This document shows positions 1 to 13,399 of a stretch of 64,000 bases of DNA, piece after piece. Made by a program: the position numbers and the translations under genes. The stretch lies in the NCBI GenBank assembly GCA_030390025.1, contig JASTWF010000035.1, positions 1,550,001 through 1,614,000 on the forward strand, read 5' to 3'. Origin of the DNA: Squalus acanthias. Taxonomy: Eukaryota. A model generated the notes under the pieces. It saw nothing but the letters and a program-made list of their open reading frames with translations. It did not search any database and was not told the origin of the DNA. Within the stretch, counting starts at the first letter, position 1. The number at the start of each line of letters is the position of its first letter.

Positions 1-59
1 CTGAAAGTTCCGCTCAGTCTGTTTTGATCTACTCTCTCCTGTTACTTCACTATTTTACA

Positions 60-260
60 CATCTCTACAAAAGCACTCCATAATCACCTCCATTCTAATG
101 AAAACAGCCCCAATTTTTCAAGTCTTTCTCCATATTTGTATTTCCTCATACCCGGCAGCTTCATAGTGAGTCTGCGCTGTTCCTCTCTGTTGCCTCAACA
201 TTCTTCCTACAGTATGGAGCCCACAACTGCACACAGTCCTCCAACTGTGGGCTTATTTGC
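60..260 (-). mobile_element. Old CR1-type LINE RT C-terminal remnant
   Basis: Reverse complement of about 215-250 reads PQLEDCVQLWAP, the degenerate form of the CR1 motif [12 protein letters not shown]. Confidence 0.6.
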
Positions 261-433
261 TTAATGGGCCAGGTTTCTGTTCGTGCTGTTATATCTATAT
301 CTTCCTGTGACTGAGTGCAGTGGGCACAGAGTGAACAACTGGGAGTTTGGTAAGTGTGGGTGTTCGGTGAAGTGGAGGAAGGAGGTACTTGCTTTTCCTA
401 ACTTCTCCCGCAGACAGGCGGCGGACCTGAGCG

Positions 434-957
434 TGAGCAGACCGAGGCCCGAGAGCGGGAGCAGAGCGAGGCCCAAGAGCGGGAGCAGACCGAGGCCCGA
501 GAGCGGGAGCAGACCGAGGCCCGAGAGCGGGAGCAGACCGAGGCCCGAGAGCGGGAGCAGACCGAGGCCCGAGAGCGGGAGCAGACCGAGGCCCGAGAGC
601 GGGAGAGACCGAGGCCCGAGAGCGGGAGAGACCGAGGCCCGAGAGCGGGAGAGACCGAGGCCCGAGAGCGGGAGCAGACCGAGGCCCGAGAGCGGGAGCA
701 GAGCGAGGCCCGAGAGCGGGAGCAGACCGAGGCCCGAGAGCGGGAGAGACCGAGGCCCGAGAGCGGGAGAGACCGAGGCCCGAGAGCGGGAGAGACCGAG
801 GCCCGAGAGCGGGAGAGACCGAGGCCCGAGAGCGGGAGAGACCGAGGCCCGAGAGCGGGAGCAGACCGAGGCCCGAGAGCGGGAGCAGACCGAGGCCCGA
901 GAGCGGGAGCAGACCGAGGCCCGAGAGCGGGAGCAGACCGAGGCCCGAGAGCGGGGA
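434..957 (+). repeat. 23/24-bp GC-rich tandem array (GAGCAGACCGAGGCCCGAGAGCGG) in the CR1 5' UTR
   Basis: About 22 directly visible units, with a 23-bp variant lacking one C. Confidence 0.95.
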
Positions 958-1170
958 TAAAAGCAGCAACAGACCTGCATCAACAAGAGAAAACAGCAGT
1001 GTGACATCACAGGTAAGGCAGGTAAGTGATTGGTAGTGACTGTGGGCTAAGTTTTAAGTTAACATAACATATAACTACATTTTTAAAACTAAACTTAATG
1101 TAATTAATTTAATAAACTAAACGAGGTAAATAATTTGATTAACACTAAACTAATGAATTAAATAAATAAA

Positions 1171-2113
1171 ATGATGGGAGAACAGGAGATGTGTTGCTGC
1201 TGCAATATGTGGGACCTTGTGGACATTTTTGTCCAGGGCGACTACATCTGCGGTAAGTGTCTGTGGCTCGAAGAACTTCAGCTCCGAGTTGAGGAGCTGG
1301 AGTCCGAGCTGCAGACATTGCGAGACATCAGGGAGGGAGAAAGTAACCTGGACCTTTTGCTCCAGGAGGCAGCCACACCCCTTAGATTAAATACTTTAGA
1401 ATTGACACGTGGTCAGGGACAGGAGGGTGTGACTGCGAGTGAGGCAGGTACGGGGATCCAGGAGGTAGTATTGCAGGAGCCTCAGTCCCTGCACTTGTCC
1501 AATAGATTTGAGGTTCTTGCAACCCTTGTGGACAAGTGTGGGGACTGCGGGGAGGCTGAGCAAACTGACCACGGCACCGTGGTACAGGAAGCCGTTCAAG
1601 TGGGGGGAGTAAAAAGGAAGGTAGTTGTAGTAGGTGACAGTATAGTTAGGGGGATAGATACTGTTCTCTGCAGCCAGGAGCGTGAGTCCCAAAGGCTATT
1701 TGCCTACCCGGTGCCAGGGTAAAGGACATCTTCTCTGGGCTGGAGAAGAACTTGGAGTGGGAGGGGGAGGATCCAGTTGTTGTGGTCCACGTAGGTACCA
1801 ATTACATAGGTAGGACAAAGAAAGAGATTCTGCTGAGAGAGTATGAGCAGCTAGGGACTAAATTAAAAAGCAGAACCACAAAGGTCATAATCTCTGGATT
1901 ATTACCGGCGCCACGAGCAAATTAGCATAAGATCACGGAGATGAATGCGTGGCTCAAAGATTGGTGTGGGAGAAGTGGGATTCGATTCGTGGGGCACTTG
2001 CACCAGTACTGGGGAAAGAGAGAGCTGTTCCGTTGCGACAGACTACACCTGAACCATGCTGGGACCAGAGTTCTAGCAAATCGAATAACTAGGCAGGTAG
2101 ATAGGGCTTTAAA
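1171..2113 (+). pseudogene. CR1 ORF1 (Zn finger, coiled coil, SGNH esterase), frameshifted
   Basis: CCCCNMW...CGKC, heptad region, VVGDSIVRG. After a frameshift near 1700: HVGTNY and DRLHLN. Confidence 0.88.
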
Positions 2114-2307
2114 CGATGGAGAGAAATCTAGAATGCTGAAGAGAAAAGACAAGGAAGCAGTGCAGGAAAGTGATTGGGGTAAGGATAACCAGATTGTGTC
2201 AGGAAGGGACAGAGCGTACAAACAAAAGAGTGCACTAACAAATAGGGTCCGGGTAAGAAAAAATGGTCATAAGACAAATAGGGCCATAGTACAAAAAAAT
2301 GTTAAGA

Positions 2308-5300
2308 TGTCTAAAAATGTTAAAAAGACAAATCTAAAGGCACTGTATCTGAATGCACAAAGCATTTGTAATAAGGTAGACAAATTAACAGCACAAATAG
2401 ATCTAAACGGATACAATATAATTGCGATTGTGGAGACATGGCTGCAGGGTGACCAAGGCTGGGAGCTGAATATCCAAGGATATTTGATATTTAGGAAGGC
2501 AGGTGAAAAGGAAAAGGAGGTGGGGTGGCGTTGTTAGTAAAGGATGAAATCAGAACAATAGTGAGAAAGGATATTGGCTCAGAAAATCAAGATGTAGAAT
2601 CAGTCTGGGTGGAACTAAGAAGCACCAAGGGGCAGAAAACATTGGTAGGAGTTGTCTATAGGCCACCAAACAGTAGTGGTAATGTAGGGGATGGCATCAA
2701 ACAGGAAATTAGAGATGCATGTAACAAGGGTACTACAGTAATCATGGGTGACTTTAATCTACATATAGACTGGCCAAACCAAATTAGCAATAATACTGTG
2801 GAGGATGAATTCCTGGAGTGTGTATGAGATGGTTTTTTAGACCAGTACGTTGAGGAGCCAACTAGGGAACAGGCTATCCTAGATTGGGTATTGTGCAATG
2901 AGAAGGGGTTAATAAATAATCTTGTTGTGCGGGGTCCTTTAGGGAAGAGTGACCATAACATGATAGAATTCTTCATTAAGATAGAAAGTGAAGAAGCCCA
3001 ATCCAAAACTAGGGTCCCAAATCTAAACAAAGGAAACTACGAAGGTATGAGGAGTGAGTTGGCTATGATAGATTAGGGAACTTCATTAAAAGGCTTGATG
3101 GTGGATAGGCAATGGCTAACATTTAAGGAATGAATGCATGAATTGCAACAGTTATACATTCCTTTCTGGCGCAAAAACACAAAAGGAAAAGCGGCCCAAC
3201 CATGGCTAACAAAAGAAATTAAGAATAGTATTAGATCCAAAGAAGAGTCATATAAAGTTGCCAGAAAAAGTAGCAAGCCTGAGGATTGGGAGCAGTGTAG
3301 AGTTCAGCAAAAAAGGACTAAGAGATTGATTAAGAGGGGAAAAATAGAGTATGAGAGTAAACTTGCAAGGAACATAAAAGCAGACTGTAAAAGCTTCTAC
3401 AAGTATGTAAAAAGAAAAAGATTAGTGAAGACAAATGTAGGTCCTTTACAGTCAGAAATGGGAGAATTTATAATGGGGAACAAGGAAATGGCAGAGCAAT
3501 TAAACAAATACTTTGGTTCTGTCTTCATGGAAGAGGACACAAATAACTTCCCAGAAATGCGAGGGAACCAAGGGGTAGAAATTAGGTCGCGCCCCATTTG
3601 GGGCGCAAATATCGTCTGGACGCAAATATTAGCGCCTGGCGCTAATTATCGGCACTGACTGGAAACTTCACTTTTACCGCCCCGGGAGGTGAGTGGAGCG
3701 CTAAAGCAGGCGCTGCACACCTGTCTTAAGGCGCAAAGGCCGAGCAGTGAGGCGCTAACTCAGAGCGCTGGCGAAGCTCATGTAATGTCAGTCAGCAATG
3801 GAACACACACACAATGGCACGGGCCAGTTCTTAAAGGGGATTGTTAATCTTGCTTTCCATCCACATCCTGTTCATTGCAGCCTTGAATCTCGGCCTGGAG
3901 AGACTTGCACATCAAATGTGCTGGAAAGAACAATGGAGAGTAGCAGGCAAAGAGCTCAGAGTGCAGCTCCCACAGTCTCTGCTAAATCGATACAAGGAAT
4001 GGCAAATCAAAATGAACCTGCAAAGTGCTGCTCAGTACCCAAAACTCCTTCACACAACGTTGAATCTCTCCAGAAGTCTCTCCCTCTCTCTCTCAGAATG
4101 CGTAGTTCAAAAATGCCACCAACAATAAAAGACACGAAGAGGCCCCCTTTAAATAGCGCCCCCCCCCAGCCCCACAGCGATTGATAGCGTTCCAGTCTTC
4201 TGGTCGTTGCTAGCGTCAGGCGGTAAGGCAGGGGGCGCCACTCAATTTCCGCTCCGGGGCGCCACAAGGGCGTTGCACCATGGAATGACGTCACAATCTG
4301 CGCGCGCAGGTGGTCGCAGCGGTAAGTTTTAGCGCCGCCGCACAATGTCAAGTTAAGTTCCCGAGCGGCGCAAACATCGCTGCGCCCGGGCGTTAGCGGC
4401 TTTGCGCCCCATTAGCGCCCTCTTAAGGCGCTAACGGGAGGCACAACCAACTGAATTTTTACCCCCAAGTATCTAGGGAGAAGGAGGAATTAAAGGAAAT
4501 TAGTATTAGTAAAAAATGAGTGCTGGAGAAATTAATGGGACTGAAAGCTGATAATATCCCCAGGGCCTGATAATCTGCATCCCAGAGTACTAAAAGAGGT
4601 AGCCATGGAAATAGTGGATGCATTGGTTGTCATCTTCCAAAATTCTATAGATTATGGAACAGTTCCTGCAGATTGGAGGGTGGCAAATGTAACCCCACTA
4701 TTTAAAAAAGGAGAGAGAGAGAAAACAGGGAACTACAGACCGGTTAGCCTAACATCAGTAGTAGGGAAAATGCTAGACTATTATAAAGGATGTGACAACA
4801 GGACACTTAGAAAATATCAATGGGATTAGACAATGTCAACATGAATTTATGAAAGGGAAATCGTGTTTGACAAACCTACTGGAGTTTTTTGAGGATGTAA
4901 CTGGTAGAATAGATAAGGGAGAACCAGTGGATGCGGTGTATTTGGATTTTCAGAAGGCCTTTGATGAAGTCCCACATAAGAGATAAGCGTGCAAAATTAA
5001 AGCACATGGGATTGGGGGTAATATACTGGCTTGGATTAAAAATTGGTTAACAGACAGGAAACAGAGAGTAGGAATAAATGGGTCTTTTCCAGGGTGGCAG
5101 GCGGTGACTAGTGGGGTACCGCAGGGATCAGTGCTTGGGCCCCAGCTATTCACAATATATATCAATGATTTGGATGAGGGAACCAAATGTAATATTTCCA
5201 AGTTTGCTGACGACATAAAACTAGGTGGGATTGTGAGTTGTGAGGAGGATGCAAAGAGGCTTCAAGGTGATTTAGACAAGTTGAGTAAGTGGGCAAATAC

Positions 5301-6041
5301 ATGGCAGATGCAGTATAATGTGGATAAATGTGAAGTTATCCACCTCGGTAGGGAAAACAAAAAGGCAGAGTATTATTTAAATGGTGATAGATTGGGAAAT
5401 GTTGATGTACAAAGGGACCTGGGTGTCCTTGTACACCGGTCACTGAAAGCAAACATGCAGGTGCAGCAAGCAGTTAGGAAGGCAAATGGTATGTTGGCCT
5501 TCATTGCAAGAGGATTTGAGTACAGGAGCAAGGATGTCTTACTACAGTTATACAGGGCCTTGGTGAGATCACACCTGGAGTACTGTGTGCAGTTTTGGTC
5601 TCCTTACCTAAGAAAGGATATACTTGCCATAGAGGGAGTGTAGCGAAGGTTCACCAGACTGATTCCTGTGATGGCAGGACTGTCGTATGAGGAGAGATTG
5701 GGACGACTAGGCCTGTATTCACTAGAGTTTCGAAGAATGAGAGGGGATCTCATTGAAACGTATAAAATTCTGACAGGGCTGGACAGACTGGATGCAGGGA
5801 GGATGTTTCCCCTGGCTGGGGTTCTAGAACGAGGGGTCACAGTCTCAGGATACGGGGTAGGACATTTAGGACTGAGATGAGGAGAAATTTCTTCACTCAG
5901 AGGGTGGTGAACCTGTGGAATTCTCTAGCACAGAAGGCTGTGGCGGCCAAGTCACTGAATATATTTAAGAAGGAGATAGATAGATTTCTAGACACATAAG
6001 GCATCAAAGGGTATGGGGAGAGAGCGGGAATATGGTATTGA
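2308..6041 (+). pseudogene. CR1 ORF2 (APE endonuclease plus reverse transcriptase), disrupted
   Basis: Successive ORF fragments are collinear with the intact ORF2 at 53575-56511. Confidence 0.9.
3572..4465. mobile_element. Non-autonomous PIF/Harbinger-type MITE, copy A1
   Basis: TIRs GGGGTAGAAATT / AATTTTTACCCC; 3-bp TSD CAA (3569-3571, 4466-4468); removal restores CR1 ORF2; near-identical copy at 13400-14291. Confidence 0.9.
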
Positions 6042-6557
6042 GATAGAGGATCAGCCATGATCATATTGAATGGCGGAGCAGGCTCGAAGGGCCGAATGGC
6101 CTACTCCTGCTCCTATTTTACTACATTTCTATGTTTCTATGACACGATTACTTCCAATTCCCCTGGTTTATTTCCCTCCGGACAATTAGGGATGAGCAAT
6201 AATTGCAATCCTGCCAGCATCCCATAAACAGACTAAAAGAAAATCAAAGTTGGAGCCTTTAGCCCTTGGTCCAACTCTCTGGAACCTGCTGCGTTACTCT
6301 TGACCTTCAAAAGCCTCCTCAATGCATCTCACTGACCTCCTGCTCAGTCACTCCTCTGTAAAACACTGTGGGTGATTGGGATAAATGCACTATGGCAATG
6401 CATGCCATTACTTTTCATTCTCAATCTCACAGGTTAAATTGGTTAAGACCCGAAAACGGGGGTGGGGATCATGGTGCACGATTAACCCGCACCCGTTCAT
6501 TGCCTTGCACATTAAATTGGGGCTGTTTGCTCTTTTAAATATTTGCGCTGTTCATTA

Positions 6558-7990
6558 GATGTCCTGTATCCGCAGGGGGACACGAGGCCCTCCAGACACA
6601 TGCTCAAGAGGCAGTGGGAACAAGTAGCAGCGGAGGTCAATGCCAGGAGTGTTGCTCCAAGAACATAGATGCAGTGCAGGAAGAAGTTTAATGATATGAC
6701 ATGAGTTGACATGGTGAGCGAGTTCATCTTCAAATGGCATATCCTACCAACTGCACCACTAGCCTCATCCACTGCTCAATTCACCACACCCCCATCATCC
6801 ACCTACCTACAATCTCTAACAATCAGGACTCAACCCTAAAATTCATACGCTTTACTGCACCCTCAAACTCTTAGCACTGTTGCAAGTCTCGCACCCACAA
6901 CTCACAGCTCGCACAGCTATTCAACCATGACAGCAGAGGCTGTAAGCACGCACTTCTCCTCTCCCCTTACAACAACCCAACCCTTGTTCTTTTTCATTTC
7001 AGATACCCAAGAACTGGAACCTGCCCATTCAGTGAAGGAAGAGGAAGAAGTGAAGATGAAGACACACTGCCACTCGCTCTTACAGTCGCAGCCACCAGCT
7101 CAGATACTGACACTGCGTGTATTTTAGAGGATAGGATAGAGGAGGGAGCTGCACGTGGTGAGACACCGGGCAAAAGTGCGCAAGAGCCAGGGCAGGGGGA
7201 ATGGATAGCACAGGTTCCAGCTCGCCGGAGGGTGAGGTCGCACACGAGTTCTGTTGCAGAGGACTCAGATGAGGACTTTGATGGGCCAGGCTGCAGAAGG
7301 CCGATGCGTGTACACAACCAAATGCTTGGTGTACTGGGATGCCTGCCAGAAAGCCTGCATTCAATGTCAAGAGCATGGAGGTGTCCAGCACCAACTTGGC
7401 ATAGGGCTTTACGCAGAGCTTGTAGTCCATCCTTTCCAACATGGAACAAATGGTCACCTCCATCAGCACACCTATGGTGCAGCGTCTGATGGCCGATGTC
7501 ACAGTTTCCATTGCAGCACATCAAAGGTTTGAGTACTGCAGTGGAATCTCAGACTGCTGCCACCATGGCTCTGAATACCACTGTTCAGAGGGTCTTCCAG
7601 GCCCTCACAGCAGTCCATCAATCTGTTCTCCAACAGATCATTAGGATTGCTGAGGCGCCGCCCCGCGAGAGTGGCACTGGCTCCAGGGAGCATGAACTTG
7701 CTGTCCTCTCTCAGGTTGACAGCATTCCTGCTCCCACTCCACCAGTGCCCGTGCTGCTGCCTGTCAGCCGGCCAGCCCAGCCTGCTGAAGCCCTTGCCTA
7801 GGTGGAGCAGTCCACAGCTGGACCCTTTATGCCCAGAGCTGCTCGAGGTCGTCCTCCAAGGCCATCTCCAGTTTCCTCAATTGAAGGAGGCTGCATGCTG
7901 CAGCCATTGGGTTAGCACTGCACAGGAACACTAGGAAAGGCAAAGGCACATGGAAGACAGGCACTAAGGGAATGCACAAGGATGATTATT
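6558..7990 (+). pseudogene. Harbinger Myb/SANT-like DNA-binding protein remnant, two exons
   Basis: 6558-6713 reads DVLYPQG...KRQWEQVAAEVNARSVAPRT*MQCRKKFNDM, a Myb/SANT-like W..VA..VN...RT..QC.KK..D motif. GT donor at 6714, pyrimidine tract and AG at 7001-7002, then an acidic and Pro-rich exon. Confidence 0.75.
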
Positions 7991-8169
7991 TTATTTTTGT
8001 TTGCATTATGTCTTGATTGAATTTATAAATTTGGATTGGAATGTGCACTTTCTGTTGGTTTTTATTTTTGTGTTGTGGGAAAGAGGACGATGTGATGGTT
8101 AGTGATGGAGGATAGGTGAAGAGCGTGGGAATGTTGGTGAATGGGGAAGTGTGGTTGAGGGTTAAGGTT

Positions 8170-8721
8170 ACTGGTACACTTCCTCCTCCTCCTCAGCCTC
8201 TCACCTGATAGGTGGTGGCAAGGGCTGTTCCCTCATAATAGTCAGGTTGTGCAGCATACAGCATATTACCACAAATTTTGATACCCGCTCAGCTGAGTAC
8301 TGAAGGGCTCCTGCAGAGCATTCCAGGCAGTGGAAGCATTGCTTGAGGATGCATATGGAGTGCTCTATAATGTTCCTGTGACATGTCTCTCATTGTATGC
8401 CTGCTGTGCACGTGTGTGTGGGTTCCGGACCGGAGTCATGAGCCATGTCATGAATGGATAACCCTTGTTGCCGTGGTGGTTCAAAAACAGGTGGCACAGA
8501 GGACTGACACAGCATGATGCGCTGCCTAGGGTCACACACCAGCTGCACATTGAAGGAGTGGAATGCCTTTTGGTTCAGGAAAATGGCAGAGTTCATATGA
8601 GGCACACCTAGAGCAATGCGTGTGTAGTCAATGGCACCCTGCACCATGGGGAAGCCTGCAATCCATGCAAACTTTAGTACTCGCTCCACCTGCTTATCTC
8701 TGGCAAGAGGGAATAAGATAA
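8170..8721 (-). pseudogene. Harbinger DDE nuclease (HARBI1-like), C-terminal part of copy 1
   Basis: AGFPMVQGAIDYTRIAL, KAFHSFNVQLVCD, (D)KGYPFMTWLMTP, YNERH. Confidence 0.88.
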
Positions 8722-10239
8722 AGCTGTCTCTCTGTCTATTGTAACACTGTCATGGTAAACTTGAATGAATCTGACGGTTGCATTTAGGATCACCCAGAAA
8801 CAGACTCTAGAGGAACGGAGTGCTCGTGGGGACCACACTGAATGTAATAAGCGGATTAAGGAGTGGGAGATAAAGAGGGAAAAAGATCTAAGTTGCAGGC
8901 TAACCAATCTGAAAACTAAGCAAAGGAAGGGAAAAAACAGGGATTTGGATGCCAGGGAAAGCTGCTGAGACGACAATTTAAAAGAAGGGAAAAAGGAAAC
9001 TTAAAGTTTTACCTACTGTGCCAAGACAAATAAAACACAAGATTTGCTGAGCGAAAGGAACCTTAAAGGATGCTGGAATTTCAGTTTGTGTGAAAGTGTG
9101 TGTTAAAGTGTGGATGTGTTAAATATGTTCATTTCAATTTAAGATTGTGCACCTAGAAGTGGGAGAAACTTTGTGATTTGCAGTTTAAGTTAAAGACACT
9201 GCTGTGGATATATTTTGACTGGGACGGCTTTACAATAGATAAGCTTCAGCCTTGAAGTTACGGTTGACGTGGTTTCTAATCATGTCTGGTAGAAAATGAA
9301 TTTGGACATTTTGAAAGTATTTCATTTTAATTGGATTACAAAAAAAAGCTATTTGATTTTATTTTTAAATCAATTTGAACGTTTACAAAGCACTGTTTTC
9401 TTAATTTGGTTACTGCAAGTCCGAGACGCCCACTTTTTAAGTTTTTAACAAGTAGCCTGTGGAGAAATTGTATGAATGTTCCGAAGCTACAGGCTGAGGG
9501 AAGCTTCTCCCTTTCTTTTGAAGCGGTACTGGTTAGTTTGAGATATTGGTTTGAATTGAATTGGAGTTATTGAGGTTAATTAACCTGTTTAAACCAGACT
9601 TTTATTGTGGCCATGGAGAAACTCTGGTCAGTGTAAATTGTGTGAAAGCCTCTAGATCCAGACATGAGGCAATCACATCAACAATTGGTATTTTTGACAT
9701 TTCTGACCAATTTCAAGTATGTTTGACCAGGAAAAAATAGAAATGCTATTGTTGTGTGTGGAATTTTTTTACAAAATGTTTGTAGTAGTAACACAATTTT
9801 AAAGGCACAAAGATTATGTTTTAAATTGAGCTGAAAGCTGCGAGAAGCTGTGTGACACAAGCTGACATTGATTGATGGGATCTGGGTTTGTCTTCTTTTG
9901 AAAAATTTTAACTAACCGATTAAATTGTGAAAACCCACCTGTCTTTTTTGATTGGGAAAGTTTTGTTAAGATTTACGTGAAGTGATGCAATTGCGTGCAT
10001 CTGACAATTTGCTCCGCCTTCTTACAAACCTGCAAAGGAGTTAACCCTTTCCGCTGACAGCTTCTTTTTTTAATTCACCACACAACAACTAAATTTAAAG
10101 ATATTGGACATTATTCAATTTAAGTTTCTTAATTTTAAGTGACTATTTCCCCACAGTGACAGAAGGGAATCAGGAATTGCCGAATTGACCCATTGGGCGC
10201 TAGGCAAGCCACAATGAATTGTCTGTTTTTTCTTTTAAG

Positions 10240-11226
10240 CAGGGGGCCAGATGAGTGTTGATGGTGCAAGATTACCAGGTAGAAATCTTCCCGTGCAAGT
10301 CGGCCACAGCCTCATGGATGGCCAAGACCCTAGTTAGAGAGGTATTCTCCAGATGTGGTAGAGTAAGACCAGTGAAGTAATTTTACAGGTCAGGTAATGC
10401 AAGCCACTCTGAAATTGCTAGGAATTGAAGGGAAATGGCACATAACCTACAAACGGGGATTGTGGGAAGAATGAACCGTACGTTGAAGTCGGCCCTGCGA
10501 AAGGAATTAAACGAACAGTACACTTTCCCTAATCCTTATGGGGATATGTACTAACAGATCCAAAGTAACAGGTCACTCCCCTCATGAATTGGTAACGGGG
10601 AGACCCATGCGAGCCCCCACACACCTGTTGGTCCCCACTCTGACTGATAAACAAATTAAGGAGGTGACTCGGGACAAATTCCTGAGTGACCTGTGGGGGA
10701 CTTTGAAAGAACTGAACTTGAGGGCCGCCCACAACATTGGGAAGACACACCAACGCAACTAACTATACCTGGCTCCGAGTAAACCCCAGGAGTGGGAAGT
10801 AGAGAGCCAGGTAATATACGAAACTATGTGAGGGTGGGAGTTTTTGAACCCCTCTACAAGGGGCCGTATAACATTGTTGACAAAGCTTGTCCTATGGTAT
10901 ACACGGTTCAGTTACCTAAGAAAATCAAATGGTTTCACATTAACCAGATGAAGCTTTTTCAGCCCACAAGCAGGTCAAGAAGACAGCAAGCCACGATCAT
11001 GAGCACGGTGAGACTGAATCATCCGCTCCAATGGGATGCTGAAAAAGGGGTGTCTAATGGGACACCCCCACCCAATGAGGCGCCCTTGCCTGAAGGGGCG
11101 CCTCCACAGGTACAGTATGATTCAAATGAAGGTGGACAGGACATGGGAGCTGTAGAAATCTCCTCGCCCCAGCTCTGGAACTACCTCTTGTCCGCAGACG
11201 AGTCCAACGGACCCCTCCTACCGTAG
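10240..11226 (+). pseudogene. Retroviral integrase (core plus GPY/F C-terminal domain), disrupted
   Basis: VLMVQDY, VEIFPCKSATA..AKTLVREVFSR, FTGQVMQATLKLLGI, GIVGRMNRTLKSALRK, TGHSPHELVTGRPMR, FEPLYKGPYNIV...WFHINQMKLF. Confidence 0.9.
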
Positions 11227-11388
11227 TAAAAGAAATAAAAAGACACCCTTGAAGTATCATCAGTGGTCGGAGTTGAAAATTGCCCTATACAGAAAAAGAA
11301 AAGTAGGAAATCCTGTTTTACTTTGTTTTAAAAAAAACATCAGTATTGAGAGCCTGAACTATATAAAATTAAAGAATTATTCTGGCCA

Positions 11389-13213
11389 ATGATCAGGATT
11401 CTGCTCTATCTCGAAGATTCCACATCAGCCTGTTCGGCATACTGGACCACCACTAACTACTTTCCCTATAATCGTTCGATTGCAGTTGCCCCGGAGACAC
11501 CGCCCCGGGACGCCACTCAAAACATTACCCCCACCCCCCAAGTACATCGAGGGTGATTGTGAAACCGCGTGTTCAGGGACAGGATGGGTTACCACTTATG
11601 AGGTCCAGGAAGGTAGGGAGGGTGTGCATAAAATGCAAAGATTGGGCCAAGGGTGTGGTTTTTACAAGCAGATCAAGGTAACCATTCAAAGGCATTATCA
11701 GATAGGGAACCCTCGGGGGAATGTAGGAAGCCCGACCCAATCCCGAACAGCGGGAGACACTCTGTTATGTTGGCCACGGTGGTGGCAGGAGTATGAGAGA
11801 ATCTATGGATGCATAAACCCTTCGGGGACGCTATCAAGCCATAGTTTTGTATCCGCAGAGCCGTTTTGTGGAGCTCCCGTTCAATGGATAGGCGTGAAAA
11901 GTATCCAAATGTATGGAATAGATGACAGGGGTCCCTACCAATGCTTCGTGGACAGGGAGGGAAGGCCGTGTAGGGGTTCGAAGGGTTTCCCACATTATCA
12001 TGTGCAGGAATGTGAAAATGGAATAATACACATGGTGGAATTGAAAGTCGGTCCTAAACTACCCCCCCCCCCCCCAAATAAAGGAGAATCTGAAGGCCTC
12101 TAGTGAGGCCGCACAAAATGATATTTGTGTAATGTATGGATCCTGGTTAGTGGAACAAGCCCGTGAAAACCTGCAGAGCATTGCTGAGGGGAAACTTCCC
12201 TTGTGGGTGACTGATCGGTACCTGAGGGCAATGTCCACTTATCAAGTTACCATGTATATGTGTAAAGTCAGGGGGTTGTTACAGGTTTGCCCGGTGAAAC
12301 AGGAATGCCATTTACAGGAACAGAACGACATCACCTTATTAGGGATGGTATTGTATTATCCCATCCTGCACGAAAAGGCGACCCTAAATCCTCTATTCCG
12401 TGTGGAGAACATAGGAGTACGCCAGGGAGACCACTTAGTAAGGTATGACGAACCCCCGCAGTATGTGACCCGGGTGGATGGGACCACGTGGGTGGCCCCA
12501 GATCTTACCGGGTGCGCTCAAGCTCGGGATACATTCATCTGCCCTTATGACGTGGTAGAACACGCAGGCCCTGCGTGCGGATTCGATTGGGATGGGGTAG
12601 AATGGAACGGCACCATGAAAGTAGTTGCAGGAAAGCTTTTCCCCGTACAATCTGCGTACCGAGGGAAAGGTGAGTATTGTGTCACCACCATACACCGGGA
12701 ATACCAGTGTGGTAACAACCTGACTTCTCTCATTGCGACGGGAACTTTTTGCTTTACCCCAGTCCAACCTGTAAGACTTGGGGCGTGGGTTTTATTTAGC
12801 ATGTATTCGCATAGGCAAGTAGATATCGCTGTAGAAGATAAATTAAAAGAGCAATTACATCAGTATGTGACTCGATTCGGTTATGACATTCCACCTCTAC
12901 CAGAACACCTGGTCGAGTTAATGCAATGAGTTAGTCAGTCTCAAAAGCACTTTTATACCCTGGCCCAGAAAAACTGGAACCTACGCCAAGAAATATCTAA
13001 GATTGGGGATGATTGGTCTTGATGGGATATCGGTATGAATATCGAGGTTCACCCCGGATAAGAATTACGTCCCATGTTTTAGTCGTTGTTCAGTTGGTGA
13101 TCGTGCTATACTTACTGATAATAACTTGTCGAGTCAACAGATGCCACAAGCAGCAAACATTGGTCAAGCTGTTAAAGAAGACCCGGAAAGAAGAGGACGA
13201 CGACAACATATAG
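11389..13213 (+). pseudogene. env: Envelope glycoprotein (class I fusion, spumavirus/lokiretrovirus-like), disrupted
   Basis: Cys-rich ectodomain (11480-12103); TM subunit SEAAQNDICVMYG...YPIL...VENIG...DLTGC...FICP...CG...GEYCV...LPEHLVELM; heptad; DWS*WD membrane-proximal motif; hydrophobic anchor VLVVVQLVIVLYLLII; basic/acidic tail. Lies between integrase and the 3' LTR. Confidence 0.8.
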
Positions 13214-13399
13214 GTGTCTGTGACCTTAAATTCAGGTTCAGACACTTGAGGGTGGATAATATGTAACACTGTCCATGGTAAACTTGACTGAATCTAAAAG
13301 TGACCAAATGTACCGACAAGCTTTGAGGGCAAGAGACTGCTTGGCTAAAAATATTTGTAAAATAAGTGATGTGTTGGTACTTTTCCTTCAAAAGATAAG

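Larger units (their letters stand above)
310..6140 (+). mobile_element. Near full-length, decayed CR1 (HER1-like) LINE, interrupted by a MITE at 3572-4465
   Basis: Tandem-repeat 5' UTR, ORF1 remnant, APE endonuclease (YLNAQSI, ETWL, GDFN, SDH), RT ([17 protein letters not shown]), hairpin 3' UTR and (CTATGTTT)n-type tail near 6121-6140. Several stops and frameshifts. 5' boundary approximate. Confidence 0.92.

Noticed and set aside
261..1010. Three overlapping ORFs of about 225-250 aa
   Set aside because: Tandem repeat in a CR1 5' UTR.
3798..4351. ORFs inside MITE A, repeated at 13624-14171
   Set aside because: Frames differ between the two near-identical copies because of indels, and no protein motif was recognised.
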